A DNA stretch of 64,000 nt from Azolla caroliniana (GCA_043228905.1 JBHGNT010000002.1:7750001-7814000), one strand, 5' to 3'; positions 11,204 to 25,580 are shown, counted from the stretch's first letter. Made by a program: numbers and translations. Notes: a model not told the origin generated them from the sequence alone.

Positions 11204-14200
11204 ATGCACGTCCCAATATAGTCCCGGCCACCAGTACTTCCCCTTTAGCTTCTCGAATGTGACCCACGTCTCGGTATAGCCCCGGCCACCAGTACTTCCC
11301 CTTTAGCTTCTCGAATGTGACCCACGTCCCGTGGTGTCCGGCCCAGGGACTCTCGTGGTATGCCGTCAACAATTCTTCCTGTTCCTCTTTCTTCGCCACC
11401 ACTTGGAGCGGGATGCCGTTCCTCTTCTTTGGGTGCTTCCATAAGCTCCTGTCTCATAGGAAGAATCGGTACGCTTTCTTCCGAATCCGGTTGGTGTCTT
11501 CCTTTGTCCACGCCGCATCCGGTGACATTGTCTTTAGGAACCTGCCGATCTAGAGCCACTCCCCATCGTACTTGCTCTCGTCGAATTCATTAAGCGCTAG
11601 AGTGCTCCCCTTTCTTGCTATTACGTTAGCTGACCCGAAGAAGTCCTCGCCAACTTCGTCGTCATCCAAAACCATGTCGTCCTCGTCGCGGAACCGCGCC
11701 CTTGAAAGCATATCGGCCATGGCGTTATCCTTTCCGGAGATGTGTCGTATCTCCGGGTTCAGGGACTTGATGTACGCGATCCACATGAGCATCATCAGGT
11801 CTGGAGTCGCACATCCGGAGACCATACCCAGAATCTGCAGGCAGTCCGTCTCGATGATCACTTCCGTCCCGATTAGATAGTCTTTGTCGGCCTTGACTAC
11901 CCAAACGATACCCCATAGCTCGCGCTTGATTTGGGCGTATCCTCATTGCCGCTCGCTTAATACCTTTGCCCCAAACTAGATCGGGAATCGTACATCATCT
12001 TCATCTTCCTGATTCATCACCCACCCGATCCCGGTGGGGCTCGTGTCCACCATCACGTAAATGGGGACTTCCTTTCCGAAGAGCCGGTGCCGTGGTGAGC
12101 ACCTCCTTCAGTCTCTGGACCGACTCCATCTACTCGTCTCTCCACTCGAATTTACGCCCTTTCTTCAGCAACCCATAAAGTGGTTCCGCGACATGCACAT
12201 AGTGCGGAATCCAGATGTGGTAGAATGCACATGCCGCTAGGATCCTTTGGACCTCCGTGACCGACCCGCAATCATCCTTCATCGCGGAGATGGCTTCCAG
12301 CCGTAAGGCCCGCACAGGTGTCCGACTACCAGGATCTTCGGCTGTCTGAAGGCTGATTTTTCTCCGGAGAAGGTGAGCCGCGCGCTCTCGAGTCTATGTA
12401 GCACCTTCTCGCAGTCGCGGATATAATTTGTCACGAACCTTTGGCAACCATCGGGCCCGACCAACTCGTCCTTGTCCTCCACCGGATAGCCTTTGATCGG
12501 GATGTCGTCCAAAAACGGCATGGTGATGTCCAGGATACAATCCGTCAGCACTTTGTTCATTGCGTTCACCATGTGGGCTACCAAGTTCGTCCCTCCTTGC
12601 AGGAGGGTACACATCCAAACTAGGCCGAGAGGAGTCCGCATCGTCGTGACATCCTTGCTCTCTACGGCTAGTTGGAACTGATCGTACCCCGAGTATAGAT
12701 CCCCGACCGAGTAGATTGACCTCCCTGCGAAGGCCTCCACGAACTCATCAATGGTCGGTCCGATACCTGCATTTTGAATGGTCACCTTGTTGACCAGCTG
12801 CAGGTCCTGTATGAAGCGCAGTGTGCCGTTCTTCTTCAGCACGGTAAACCACGGATTCGAATATGGGGCACTCGACGGTTCGAGGATGCCCATCTCCACC
12901 TTCTGTTTCAGCAGCTCCATCAGCTTCGGGATGTAAGCTCTGGGTACTGGAATCGGTTTGAGATTCCACGGCACATGCGGTACCGTGAAGATCACCATTA
13001 GTTCCACAACCGTCGGGTCTACGCACCTGATCTCCTCCGGTGAGAATGCGAAAGCCTTCTCGTGCCTCCCGAGCATTCTCCGAAACCGGTCCTCTTCTGG
13101 CGGTAGTAGAAAGCAACCCCCACCGACCTTGAGCTCCGGTAGCGTTATGTCAGTGAATGTGTGTCCTATGCTGGCCGGATCTCGTAAACTTGGGTCCGAC
13201 GCGACCCCCTTTATCCGTAACTCGCTGCCCTCCGGCAAGGGTGCCACGACTGGCCTCACCTTCTGGTCCATAGTCTTGTACTTCGTATCCACTCGGGCCG
13301 TCCGTTCCGACTTGAGTCCACTACCAAAGTCGGCAATGACTTCGTACATCTTTTCCGAACATACCAGAATCGTCCGGTCCTCATTAAGGCCTTGTCCAAA
13401 CACCTCCCATAACTTCCCCAAGGTGTCGTCGAAAGAGACCACCTCCATGGCTCCACTAATTTCCTCTTCAAGGCTGAGGACTCTGCATGCCTGAAGTCAC
13501 TCCTCCGTCCGCTTCTTTTCCCCGCCAACTACGCCGGCTATCGTACAACCACCGTTGTCGGAGAACCAAAATTTTCTACCTATGGTACAGGTGTTTTTGC
13601 CTATAGTACATCTGTGGGGTTTTTCCGGGATGTCCGGACTATCGCGGCCCCACACCTTGATAGCCCTCTCCAAAAATCCCCTTGGTTTTCGGCACTGAGG
13701 GTCTCGCGGTGACACTCATGGTTCGGTCGCACCGTCAGGAACTAGATTGAGGGACGCCCATCCTGGCTCTTGACTCATGCATATGCTGAACCGTTGTCCA
13801 TCACCTTTGTCTCCATGCGCGCCGCCGTGATGTACGGTTCTCCGAGTATCACCGGATGCGAGGATGTCTCCTGCACGAAGGAGTGTTGATCGATCTCGAC
13901 ATCGCCGATTTTCACTCGTACATCCGGGCAGGCTCCGTGTAGCTCCTCCATGGCGTGTGTTGCTGCCCGTATATTCCACCCATGCTTGGTGTTGATCGGC
14001 CACTTTCCCTTCTTGTAAAAGTCCATGGACATCAAACTGATCTCTGAACCGTGGTCTACCAAAGCCACCACCGGCTCCTGGACATCCCCAATCCGAACAG
14101 GGGTTTTCGTAGTGGCTCTGGCCCAATGTAGCCTCGAGTAGTGCCTTTCTGCCAATTTGTCCTCCAGGGCTATGTCTTCTAGGTGCGTCGTTCGCACCTC

Positions 14201-15806
14201 CACCGGCTTCTCCAACTCCAGCTCCGTCAAAAGCCTTTTCCACTTCACCAAGTCTACGATGGAGTCGTGGAACTCCTTCTTGGCGATACCGAGCACTTCC
14301 CTTTAGTGACAGCTCCACTTTCCTGTCGAGGATATGTTCTTCGAGGACCTTTCGCAGGTCCGTGGTCCTCTCGATCTCCGTGATCCGCCGGTACCCGACC
14401 CTCTTGGCTTTATCCGGTACGCTGGTCTCACCGGCATCCTTCTACTTGGGCCTGGACCGGGTGTCATACTGTTGTGAGGGTCCGGCCCCCCCGGTCTTTC
14501 CCAAACACTTGTCTTCCACCAGAACCTCGTAGTTCTAGCACTCGGCTTCCACGAAGCCCGTCTTCTCTTCGACCAGGTCACTCCACTCGGTTACCTCCCG
14601 GACCCGTCTTTCCGCACGGTCCGCTTCCACTTTCCTCAGCTGTACGCCAGCGAGGCCTTCTAGCACCAACGGCCAAAATCCGGCTTCCTTCGTTTTTCGG
14701 ACCTCGTCACTTCCGACCCGGATTCCGGCCGACGCCAAGTAGTGGACGGTCTCCGCATGGCGAGCCGCTGCTTCTTCCATCAACCGTTTCATACCCCCTC
14801 ATCCGATATTCAGATCCAGGACCCTTCGGGTCTCGCTAGCATGCACCCGACTGTTCCATAGGTACACCACGTTAGCTCTTATCGCTTCGGCGAAGTCCCC
14901 ACGTGGCCGACCGCATCGCACCATAAGCATCGGTTCGCAGCCGAAGGCCTTCGGTCGCGGACTTGTTCGCCGCCGTCCCTCCGTGCTTGCGCAATCTGGA
15001 GGTCCTTCACCATCTGAGTCAGCTCCTCCAGAGCCTCTCCTCTGGACGAGCCTTTGACCATGCTAGTCGAAGTCGAGCCGGTCTCAAGCCAGTCTCGGGT
15101 CTCTTCCCTTCGCGCCAGCAGGGGTACCTCGACCTTCCTTGTCGCAACAAAACCCGCCCCCGTCAAGCCTTTATCGACCCACTCACTGCTGTTTGTTAAA
15201 ACAGTTGTAGACTCTCTTTACCACGGCCAAGTCGCTTGTTAGGCCGTCATCAGTCTCCAGCAGGAAGCCCACTTGCTCCCACTCCCTTCTGTCCACCGAT
15301 TTAACGAACGATAGGACACGACTTGTGTCCAGTACGGTCCGGTCCAACACCGAAAGACGTGTGAAACGTTCTTCAAACTCCTGAAGGGGCACCGACACGT
15401 TTCTCCCCTTTTCGGGGGTCTCCACCCATTCCATGAAGTCCTGCTTCGATAGCCGAAGCGCGTCATCAAGCCCGTACTTTTCAAGGAGCCAACCTTCAAA
15501 CTCTTCCCAGGCCTGACTCTCAGCCCGTACCTCAAGCACTTCCGCGTGGATGCCCGGCACCGCGACCCGTGGGAATCCGGCCAATCGCCTATCCTCTGGG
15601 ATGTCCCTCATCACCATTTCGGCTCGGCAAGCCTCCAAATAGCTCGTGGCGTCCTTCCCACCGAACCGGCCTATCGTGCCGACGACTGCCTCAATAGCCC
15701 TATCGAGGGTGCATGTGCCTTCGCGTGCACTCACTATCTGATCCACAGCCGAAGCCATGGCTTCTACAACATCCGACCCTCTCATCTTTCTATTCCTCTG
15801 CCACCT

Positions 15807-15825
15807 ATTCACGTCGGGTTCACCA
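15807..15825 (-). promoter_or_regulatory. PBS complementary to tRNA-Trp
   Basis: The + strand reads ATTCACGTCGGGTTCACCA, the 3' end of plant tRNA-Trp(CCA), 4 nt from the LTR. Confidence 0.85.
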
Positions 15826-15829
15826 AATA

Positions 15830-16519
15830 TGTCGCATTGTTACGCGCATGCGTGGAGAACGAGGTGGGACCACGGGGGCCCTGGACCGAGAAATTACCTA
15901 ATGAGATAAGGGGAAGGAAACTACAGATGTGCTTCACACGGGCACAGACACACCGGTTCACAGGAGTTGCGACTAGCCCTCAACAATGGAGACAGTACGA
16001 ATGTGTGTGTGTATATATATATATATATATGTATATCGAGAAGTTACAACCGGCCAGCCGGCGAGTGATAGGCTCCGACACCTGCCCACACACACACACA
16101 CAGAACGCGAGATGGAGACTTTGCCCGGAAGCATTCGAGCGTTCCGCAGAGCAGAGTCAGCCTCCCGAAACCTGCATGAAATGACTATGGAGAAGACAAA
16201 GGAGAAGAGCTCGGTTCCAGTCCGGCAGCAGTTCGTCCTCCACAAAACGCGATCCCCCCTCTTCGTTGATTTTACAAATTATACCTCTCCCTCTCTTTTA
16301 TAGCGAGGGAGGGAGGCTGTTACATCATGTTTATTCCCTATCCTTTCGGACAGGGATACGCCTCGATTTTCTCCCTACTAAATGTGTGCTACCTAGGATT
16401 TTACCCCCGTCGACTTGTACCTATCTACGTACTATACAACAAAACTTGTGCCCACGTGTAAGGGCCAGTTTTCGCACATTATACCCAGTTTCCGCCTAGG
16501 GACGGTTTTCTCCACGACA
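15830..16519 (-). repeat. Family B 5' LTR
   Basis: TGTCG..CGACA termini. U5 is similar to the solo LTR at 62209-62969. Confidence 0.8.
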
Positions 16520-19230
16520 GCGCGCCCTTGGACAGAAGTACACCGTAGAGAGTATGGACCAGTAAAGACGTGTCCTACCGAGATCTAAAGGTGTTTAGCT
16601 GCCTCGCCTACGTGAATGTAAAGAAGGACAAGAGAGGGAAATTGGACCCGAAATCCCGACCATGTATATTGCTTGGATACGGCGATGATGAGTTCGGCTA
16701 TTGAGTGTGGGACTTGGTCGACAAGAAGGTCTTCCCAAGTCGAGACATGTCTTCATGGAAGAAAAGACCATTGTTGACTGGGAGTTGGAGAAGAAGACAA
16801 TGGATTCTGTATCAACCGATAGAGATCAATTGAAGGATATAAGGACCCATCCGGCTGGAAGTCGGATGATACTCGATGAACCGCCGGATTCGGACAAGGG
16901 ACCGAATTGATCGAAGAAGACTCGGACCCTGAAACCAATCAAGACCCTGAATTGGATTCAGATGAAGAACAGATAGAGGAAGCAGTTGTGGAAAACCAAG
17001 GATGGAGATACCCTCTATGAGAGACCCTGGAGATTTCCGGATGCAAAGCATGTTTTACTAACTGATGAGGAGGAGTTGGAAAGCTTCGAAGAAGCAAAGA
17101 AAGACACCCATAGTTGCAAGTGGTTAAGTGCCATGCAAGATGAAATGAATTCCCTGCATGAGAACCATACATATGAACTGATGGAGCTATCGCAAGGAAA
17201 AAGAGTGTTCCGGAACAAGTGGGTGTACAAGTTAAAACCGGGAGATGGCGGAAATCCACCAAGATACAAAGCCCGGATCATGGTGAAAGGGTTCTAGCAG
17301 AAGAAAGGAGTGGATTTTGATGAGATCTTTGCCCCGGTAGTAAAGATGATGTCCATCTGGACGGTGCTGAGCATAGCGGTTGGCATGCACCTCAAGGTAG
17401 AGCACTAGATTTCAAGACGGTGTTCCTACACGGTGACCTCGAGGAGGAGATCTACATGCAACAACCAAAGGGATTCATCAAGAAAGGGAAGAGGAACCTG
17501 GTGTACCAGTTGAAAAAGAGCCTATACGAACTGAAGCAAGCCCCCCATCAATGGTACTAGATGTTCCACCACAAGACGCAGTCTGACCACTGCATATTCG
17601 TGAAGAAGTTCAACGGAGGAGACTTCTTAATACTGATGCTATATGTGGATGACATGTCAATCGTTGGATGGGACTGAATCACAATTGGGATGTTGAAGAA
17701 GGCCTTGAACCAGACCTTCTCAATGAAAGATTTGGGTCCGGCTAGACAAATATTGGGGATGCACATAGTCCTAGACTGGATGAAGAACCTATTGTGGCTG
17801 TCACAAGAGAAGTACATGACAAAGGTACTCCAACGGTTCAGCATGACAGATTTGAAGCCGGTTGGGTTGACACTTCCGGCAAACTACAAGCTGTCCAAAA
17901 AACAAACTCCAAAGACAAAGGCAAAGGAAGCAAAGATGACGAAGGTATTGTATTCCCTAGGTGTTGGAAGCCTAATGTACGCAATGGTTTGTACCAGATC
18001 GGACATCAGATATGCAATGAGAGTGGTTAGCCAGTTCATGAGCAATGTGGGAAGAGAGCACTAGGCTGTTGTCAAGTGGATCCTTTGGTACCTAAAAGGA
18101 ACCTCAAGTATGTGTCTTCGATTCGGCTCTAGTAAACCCCTATTTGAAGGCTTCACCAATTTTTACATGTCGCCTGATGTAGATACGAGTTGGTCCACGT
18201 TCGAATATGTCATGACTTATGCCAGGGGAGTTGTATCGTGGCAGTCAAGATTGTAGAAATCCGTGGCACTATCGTCCACAGAAGCAGAGTGCATGGCAAC
18301 CATGGAAGCCGGAAAGGAATTGATCTAGACGAAGACTTCATCATAGAGCTACGATTCTGATAGCAGGAATTTCGGCACTACTGCGATAGTCAGAGCACCA
18401 TCCAACTCATGAAAAACGTGGCCTACTCAAGGACGAAGCAGATCCAATGGAGATACCACTAGCTTCGGGAGAGAGTAGAACACCAAGAATTCACTCTGGT
18501 AAAGTTCCACACAGAGAAGAACGAGTTGGATATGCTGACAAAGGTGTTGTCAGCCGACAAACTGGACATGTGTCAGAGACGAATCAGACTAACAAAGACC
18601 CCATACTGGAGTGAAGGCGAAGACTGTTGAGATATCGGTCCCTCTGGATGGGGATCGGATAAGTCGGACAGGTTGGGCCAGAGGAACATGCTGGATTGGA
18701 AAAGCCGGATAAGGAAGCGAGATTGGATGGATCCAAAAGGATATTCGAAAACTGGATGGAGTGAACCCGGAAGGAGTTCGGCCGGATCTGGTATATGAAC
18801 CGTGAGGAGAAACAGATTTGTAAATATGTTTCTTATTTGTCGTTGAGGACTCATTTGTAAATAGCCCATAAGTTATATATGTATACATATAACTAGGGTA
18901 AATAGTGTGTTGTTGTTCAATGTATGCGTCGTTATTGTTGTACACACACACACACACACACACACAGAAATAGAACTTGTATTTGTTGTAACCGCTGATT
19001 GGCAAAGGTAGAGCTCAAGGTTGTTGCCTCTGAGTCTCCTATTGTACCCTCCCTCTTGTTAGTGATATAGTTTGGAGTCGATGGGCTCCCGTGGTTTTTC
19101 CCAATTAGGGTTTTCCACATAAATATCTAGTGTCGTTTCACTTGATTGTGTAAATGCATTGACTATTTTATTATTAATCTTCCATTGGGATTTTGAACTC
19201 GGTTGTGGCCGAGCATGATTCTTCGCAATA
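16520..19230 (+). mobile_element. Degenerate Ty1/Copia (INT C-terminus, RT, RH, 3' LTR 18625-19230), 5' part cut off by element B
   Basis: AMQDEMNSL, KWVYKLK..RYKARI, LYVDDM, SMKDLGPA and YAMVCTRSDI, with many stops. Purine tract before TGTTGAG at 18625. Confidence 0.9.
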
Positions 19231-20047
19231 TTGATGCACTCGCTATAAGAGTTGAACCACCACGAGGAAAGAGTTGCAACGTAGTCGAAAATGTGTCAAA
19301 TGTGGGTAGCTAGGCACATGTGGTTTAGAAGATAATTCTTCAGAAGTAACCAAAGCTCCAGTTGTAACTGTATTGTCGCTAGAACCAAGAAGTTCTTTTA
19401 GAAGACTTACATGAAAACTGGATGGATTTCAACACCATGAGGACGAGCGAGACCATAGGCTGATCAAGTAATGAGTTTGAGGACTGTAAAAGGTCCACAA
19501 AACCGTGGGGCTAACTTAGCGCACTTACTCGTAGACAATGTCTTAGAATTTTGAGGTGCATGTAAAAATACCTTGTGTCCAAGGTTGAATACACCAGGTT
19601 GCCTATCATGGTCGGCATAAAAATGTGCTCTACCTTGAGTTGTTTTCATATTATCTCATGCAATATGCAGCATATCTTGCATATACTAAAGAAAGTTTTG
19701 CATACTTCGCAACTCATCATGATGGATATTAACATAAATCAGGGCTCATGGCTGTCATGATATGGCAAGACTCGAACCTATGACCTTAGGTTATATGGGT
19801 CGAGCTCTTGACCATTAGATCCTCTATTGTAATACGTAGGATATTATTTTCATTTACATTTTATTATAGGAAATTAGTGTACATTCCAGATTTCTCTGGA
19901 ACATTCTAGAAGCTTCGGGATTACTCCTGAAAACACTATAAAAGAGGGCACTAGGCATTATGTTGAACCAAATTGGTTCAACGCCAGTCTTAAGCCTTTT
20001 AGCCACCATTGTATATTCTCTTCATATAATACATATCTTTCTTATCA

Positions 20048-20098
<51 letters not shown>

Positions 20099-20276
20099 GT
20101 CTCGCTCACTTCTTCCTTCTCTCGAAGAAGTTCCACATCTCTCATAGTACTAATCCTTCATTTAGTACTACTTCCTTCTCTGTCTCAATACTGTTCATGA
20201 CAGTTTGAACCAATTTCCCCTACCTTCTGTCTCTCTCATTTCCTACTAATCTTTTATTCCTCTTTTCTTTCATCTC

Positions 20277-21414
20277 ATGGCCATTGTTCACGCTGAAGAA
20301 TATCAATCTGTTTTCTCGGAATTTCAATGCTTGAAGGAGAAGTTCCATGCTTTGGAACAAGAAAACCAACGGTTGCTGGGGGATCTTTAGCAAATCTCCG
20401 TAGAAAAGCAGCAAACGCAACAACAACATGGGGAACTTGCGTTACGCGTGCAACAACTCGAAGCAACCATCGTAGCGATGCAACAACAAGGGCCCGGAAC
20501 ACAAGGGATTCATAAAGAACCCAAGATTGGCCTTCCCACGAAGTTCGATGGAACACAATCGAAGTTTAGAGGGTTCCTTAACCAGGTACGATTAGTTATT
20601 CAAATGCATCCTTCCCAATATTCCACCGATGCATCACAAGTGGGTTTAGTAGGCACTTTGTTAAGTGGCTCAACGTTGTCATGGTTCGCTCCACTATTAG
20701 AAAAGGAATCTCCATTACTCAACAATTTTCAAGAGTTTCTAGTTGAGTTTAAAGCATGTTTCGGAGATACTGACAGCATCAGGACCGCAATCAACAAAAT
20801 CCGGCGATTACACCAAGGTGACCGTCCAGCCTCCGCATACGCTGCAGATTTTCGCCTACTCGCCGCCGATATCCCTTGGGATGATCAAGCGTTGATGGAG
20901 CAATTCTGTTATGGTTTACGCAATGACGTCAAGGATTTACTATTGACCTTCCCCGAAGAGCCAAAGTCCTTAACAGAAGCAATCAGTCGCGCGGTGAGAT
21001 GTGACAACCGCCTCTTTGAGCGACGTTCGGAACGACAACTACAGATGCCGAGGGCAAGATCAGAGCCCACCTACGCCTCAATGGTAGCAAGACATTTTCC
21101 GAGGGAGTCATATAATGTGCCTCCAGCGAATACTCCGACTCCGATGGAGATTGACACTACACGTTGTCGAGGGCCATTATCCGAAGAAGAAAAGCAGTGA
21201 CGCCGTACAAATCGACTATGTCTTTACTGCGGTGGACCAGGATAGGCCAAGAAGACAGGTAAACCAAATAGTCGCTAGTTCTAATTGTACTAAATCCGAG
21301 CCTATTTCAGTAGGGATATCTGATAGTCCTAATAGTACTAATAGTACTAATATCCCAAATCTAGCAAACAAATTTGATGTCCTTAGTCAGTTAGAAGAAG
21401 AGTTAAACGACTAA
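20277..21414 (+). pseudogene. gag: Element C gag (premature stops, small deletion in the zinc knuckle)
   Basis: KEPKIGLPTKFDG, LHQGDRPASAYAADF, PTPMEID and CLYCG. Intact knuckle in the paralogue at 33776-34159. Confidence 0.85.
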
Positions 21415-24400
21415 GTCCAGTCAAAATAGGAGCCGTTTGGTTGGACAGCCCTAGATCTGTGCAGCCCATTAGTGGTTCCATTCCCTCTAAGCAAGTTAGT
21501 GATGTGTTCGTAGCCCAAGTAATAGTTAGTACTAAAAGTACCCCTCCAGTACATGTCCTAGCACTCCCAGATTCCGGACCTAACTCTTGCTTTATGGATA
21601 AGAAATTTGCTCAAGCTCATAAGATATCCCTAAGCAAACTCCAGTGTCCAGTCTCTGTAGTAGTCATTGATGGACGTCCCATTGCTTCCGGAAATATCAT
21701 AGAAGAGTCAGAGCCCATTAATATTGTCCTAGATAACTTAGCATGTGTAGTATCATTTAATATTATTAGTATCCCAGAACATCCTATAGTTTTAGGATTA
21801 CCGTGGTTCGAGTTACATAACCCAGACATAGATTGGAGAACAAGAGAAATCCGGTGTCGACAAACCCAAAGGTCAACTCAGAAGATGGCAACCATTTCGC
21901 TACATCAGTTGCGTAAAGAAGGGCGCAAGGAGGAAATGTTCCTCTTTGCAATATAAGTAAACCCCTCCAGCACCACTAATGAAGAATCCACCGTTCAACT
22001 TCCCGAGAAGTATCGTTATTACGCCGATGTGTTCGATAAAGTACAAGCCAACACACTTCCTCATCATCGACTGTACGATTGCCCCATCGATTTACAACCG
22101 GGAAAAGAGCCGCCATGGGGACCGATTTACAATTTGTCACCAACCGAGCTGGAAGTCCTTCGGGCCTATATAGAGGAGAATTTGGAAAATGGTTTCATTC
22201 GGCATTCGAAATCTCTAGCCGGCGCACCCATTTTCTTCGTCAAAAAAAAAGATGGATCGCTTCGTCTCGTTGTAGATTACCGTGGCTTGAATAAGGTTAC
22301 AATCAGGAATAGGTATGCTCTTCCCCTTATCTCAAGTCTTTTAGAACGGATCAATGGTGCCAGGTTCTTCACGAAGATCAACTTACGGGGAGCTTATAAC
22401 CTCGTACGGATCCGACCAGGAGACGAATGGAAGACCGCGTTTCGCACCAGATATGGGCACTTCGAGTATACGGTCATGCCGTTCGGCCTCACTAATGCAC
22501 CGGCAGTCTTCCAGCACATGGCTAATGATATATTCCGAGATCTATTGGATGATTGTTTGATCATCTATTTGGATGATCTACTGGTTTATTCAAAGACCCA
22601 AGAAGAACATGATTCTCATGTACTATTAGTACTAAAACGACTTCGAGAACATAGTCTGTATGCAAAGCTGGAAAAATGTAGTTTCGGGTGCAACCAAGTG
22701 GAATTTCTCGGCTACATCATTTCGTCAGAAGGCATCTCCATGGACCCAGCTAAGGTCAAAACGGTGGTAGAATGGCAGACTTCGCGTTCGGTGCGGGATG
22801 TGCAATGTTTCTTAGGCTTTGCCAATTTTTACCGGAAGTTCATACAAGATTACTCAAAGCTCGTTCTACCTCTCACACAACTTACCAGGAAGGGACAACC
22901 GTTCATCTGGTCTGAAAAAACGGACATGGCTTTCGAGAGTCTTAAAAAGGCATTTACATCGGCTCCAATTCTAGCTCATGTCGATCCGGAAAAATCATTC
23001 ATTATCGAAGCTGACGCATCGTATTTTGCATTGGGGAGCATTCTGTCACAACAGGGGAATGATGAGAAGCTACATCCTGTGGCTTTTCACTCACGCAAGT
23101 TTGACGCCGCCGAAATCAACTACGAAATTCATGATAAGGAGCTATTGGCAATAGTGGATTCTTTTATGCAATGGAGGCATTTTCTGGAGGGATCCTCTCA
23201 TCCAGTCACCGTATTTAGTGACCACAATAATCTTGCCTACTTTCAGGATGCTCGTGTGTTGAATCGACATCAAGCTCGGTGGGCCCACTTCCTCACGCGT
23301 TTCGACTTCAAAATTACATATCGTCCGGGGAGGCACCAAGGGAAGGCAGATGCATTATCACGGCGTTCGTATCTAGCACCCCGTCCCGGCGAGCTAGCTT
23401 TCGATAACCAAAAACAAGTCATCTTGGGACCGGCACGACTACAAGTAACACAGATCTTTGACATGCCTATGGATTCCCGCATTATCGATACCATACGTGA
23501 AGACTTGAAGACAGATTCGTTCGCCCAAGCTATACTAGCACAAATTGATCCCTCTCGAGCGTCGTGTTCAGAGTCGCAACCACCAGGTACGGACTATCGG
23601 CAATTAAAATACCATGATGGATTACTCTTCTTTAAAGAACTTTTGTATGTTCCTAATGGTTTTTGTCTCCTTCGAGTAGTACAAAACTATCATGACACAT
23701 ATACAGCTGGGCATTTTGGTAGTACTAAAACATTACATTTAGTACAACGAACATTCTGGTGGCCCTGTATGCGACAATTTGTCGAGGATTTTGTTCGGAC
23801 TTGTGATACATGTTGCAGAGCGAAAATGCTAAGGCATCATCCATATGGTTTATTAGAACCATTACCAATTCCAAGCAAGCCGTGGCAATCCATTGCTCTA
23901 GACTTCATCACAAATCTTCCAGTCTCTAAGGGGTTCAATGCGATTCTAACGGTGGTCGATCGATATACGAAGATGGCTCATTTCTTGCCATGTACTAAGG
24001 AGATCTCCAGTGAAGACACTGCCGAAATTGTCATGCGTGAAGTATGTCGGCATCATGGACTTCCCGATAGTATCATCAGTGACCGTGGACCCCAGTTCGT
24101 GTCAAAATTCTGGAAGCACCTTTTTAACATGCTCAAGGTCACTTGTAACCTCTCCTCCGGCTACCACCCACAAACTGACGGCCAAGCTGAACGAACAAAT
24201 CAAACGTTGGAGCAGTATCTGCGGTGCTTTCTCAGCTATCATCAAGATGACTGGGCAGATATTCTCCACTTCGCCGAATTTGCCTATAACAACTCTATCC
24301 ACGCATCCACTAAAGTTACACCATTTTATGCTTATACGGGATGTCACCCCTGGTGGAGTGTACTTGAAACCTCAGAGGTGTCCACAACTCCGTGCGCGGA

Positions 24401-24998
24401 GGATCGTTTGGAGCAGTTACGCAAGATACAAGCGGATTTATCTACTCATCTCCCGCAAGCTCAACAAACACACAAGGTCTACGCGGATCGTCATCGACTT
24501 CCATCTAGTTTTAATATTGGAGATCGGGTGTGGCTGCTACAACGACACATCAAGACTACTCGTCCATGTGAGAAGTTAGATTATCGGCGATTAGGTCCTT
24601 TCCGTATTATTGGACAAATTAATGATGTCGCTTTTTGTCTCGATCTACCTCCTCAACTTCGGATACATCCGATGTTTCATAGTTCTCTCCTCGAACCCTA
24701 CCACGAGAGCACCATCCCAGGATGTCTTATCCAACCTCCACCCCCAATCGAGCTTGAAGATGGGCCGGAGTACGAGGTTGCCGCCATCCTTGATTCCAAG
24801 ATTGTTTGCAACAAGCTCTACTATCTAGTCGATTGGCTAGGCTATAGCCCCAGCGAACATACTTGGGAACCGATCGAGAATGTGACCAATGATCATGCTC
24901 TTCTCGAAGACTTCCATCGTCAATATCCACACAAACCAGGTCCTCAATCCAAGACGACTCGTGACACTCGTCGTTTTAAAAGGGGGATAGTGTCATGA
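21415..24998 (+). pseudogene. pol: Element C pol: PR-RT-RH-INT-chromodomain, with one stop at 21954-21956
   Basis: LPDSGPNS protease; YLDD; EADAS; integrase; GPF; chromodomain EYEVAAILD..YLVDWLGY..TWEP. 989-aa open frame 22029-24998. Confidence 0.92.
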
Positions 24999-25580
24999 TA
25001 TGCAAGACTCGAACCCACGACCTTAGGTTATATGGGTCGAGCTCTTGACCATTAGATCCTCTATTGTAATACATAGGATATTATTTTCATTTACATTTTA
25101 TTATAGGAAATTAGTGTATATTCCAGATTTCTCTGGAACATTCTAGAAGCTTCAAGATTACTCCTGAAAACACTATAAAAGAGGGCACTAGGCATTATGT
25201 TGAACCAAATTGGTTCAACGCCAGTCTTAAGCCTTTTAGCCACCATTGTATATTCTCTTCATATAATACATATCTTTCTTATCATCACACACACACTCTC
25301 TCTCAATCTCTCTCTTTCTCTCTGTCTCGCTCACTTCTTCCTTCTCTCGAAGAAGTTCCACACCTCTCATAGTACTAATCCTTCGTTTAGTACTAATTCC
25401 TTCTCTGTCTCAGTATTGTTCATGACAATGGCCAAAAACCATACATCAACATAAAAGGTCGACAATCTATGCTTGGAGCTGTTGTAAGCAAACCCCAAAA
25501 TGGAGAGATAACGTTCCCATTTAGTTGGCTTTTCAACAACTTATGCTCAAAGCATATCTTCAATTATTTGATTTACTCAT

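Larger units (their letters stand above)
11204..16519 (-). mobile_element. Degenerate Ty3/Gypsy family B (GC-rich relative of A): 5' LTR, PBS, gag, PR, RT, RH, start of INT; 3' part cut off by element A
   Basis: Gag 15812-14300, protease VDHGSE (13775-14296), RT FLDDIP (12279-13448), RH about 11550-12100, 58-bp duplication at about 11207-11330. Confidence 0.88.
19753..25427 (+). mobile_element. Full-length Tcn1-like chromovirus (element C)
   Basis: LTRs 19753-20202 and 24991-25427 (TGTCATGA..TCATGACA), TSD ATGGC, PPT AAAAGGGGGATAG, gag, PR, RT, RH, INT and chromodomain. Confidence 0.95.
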
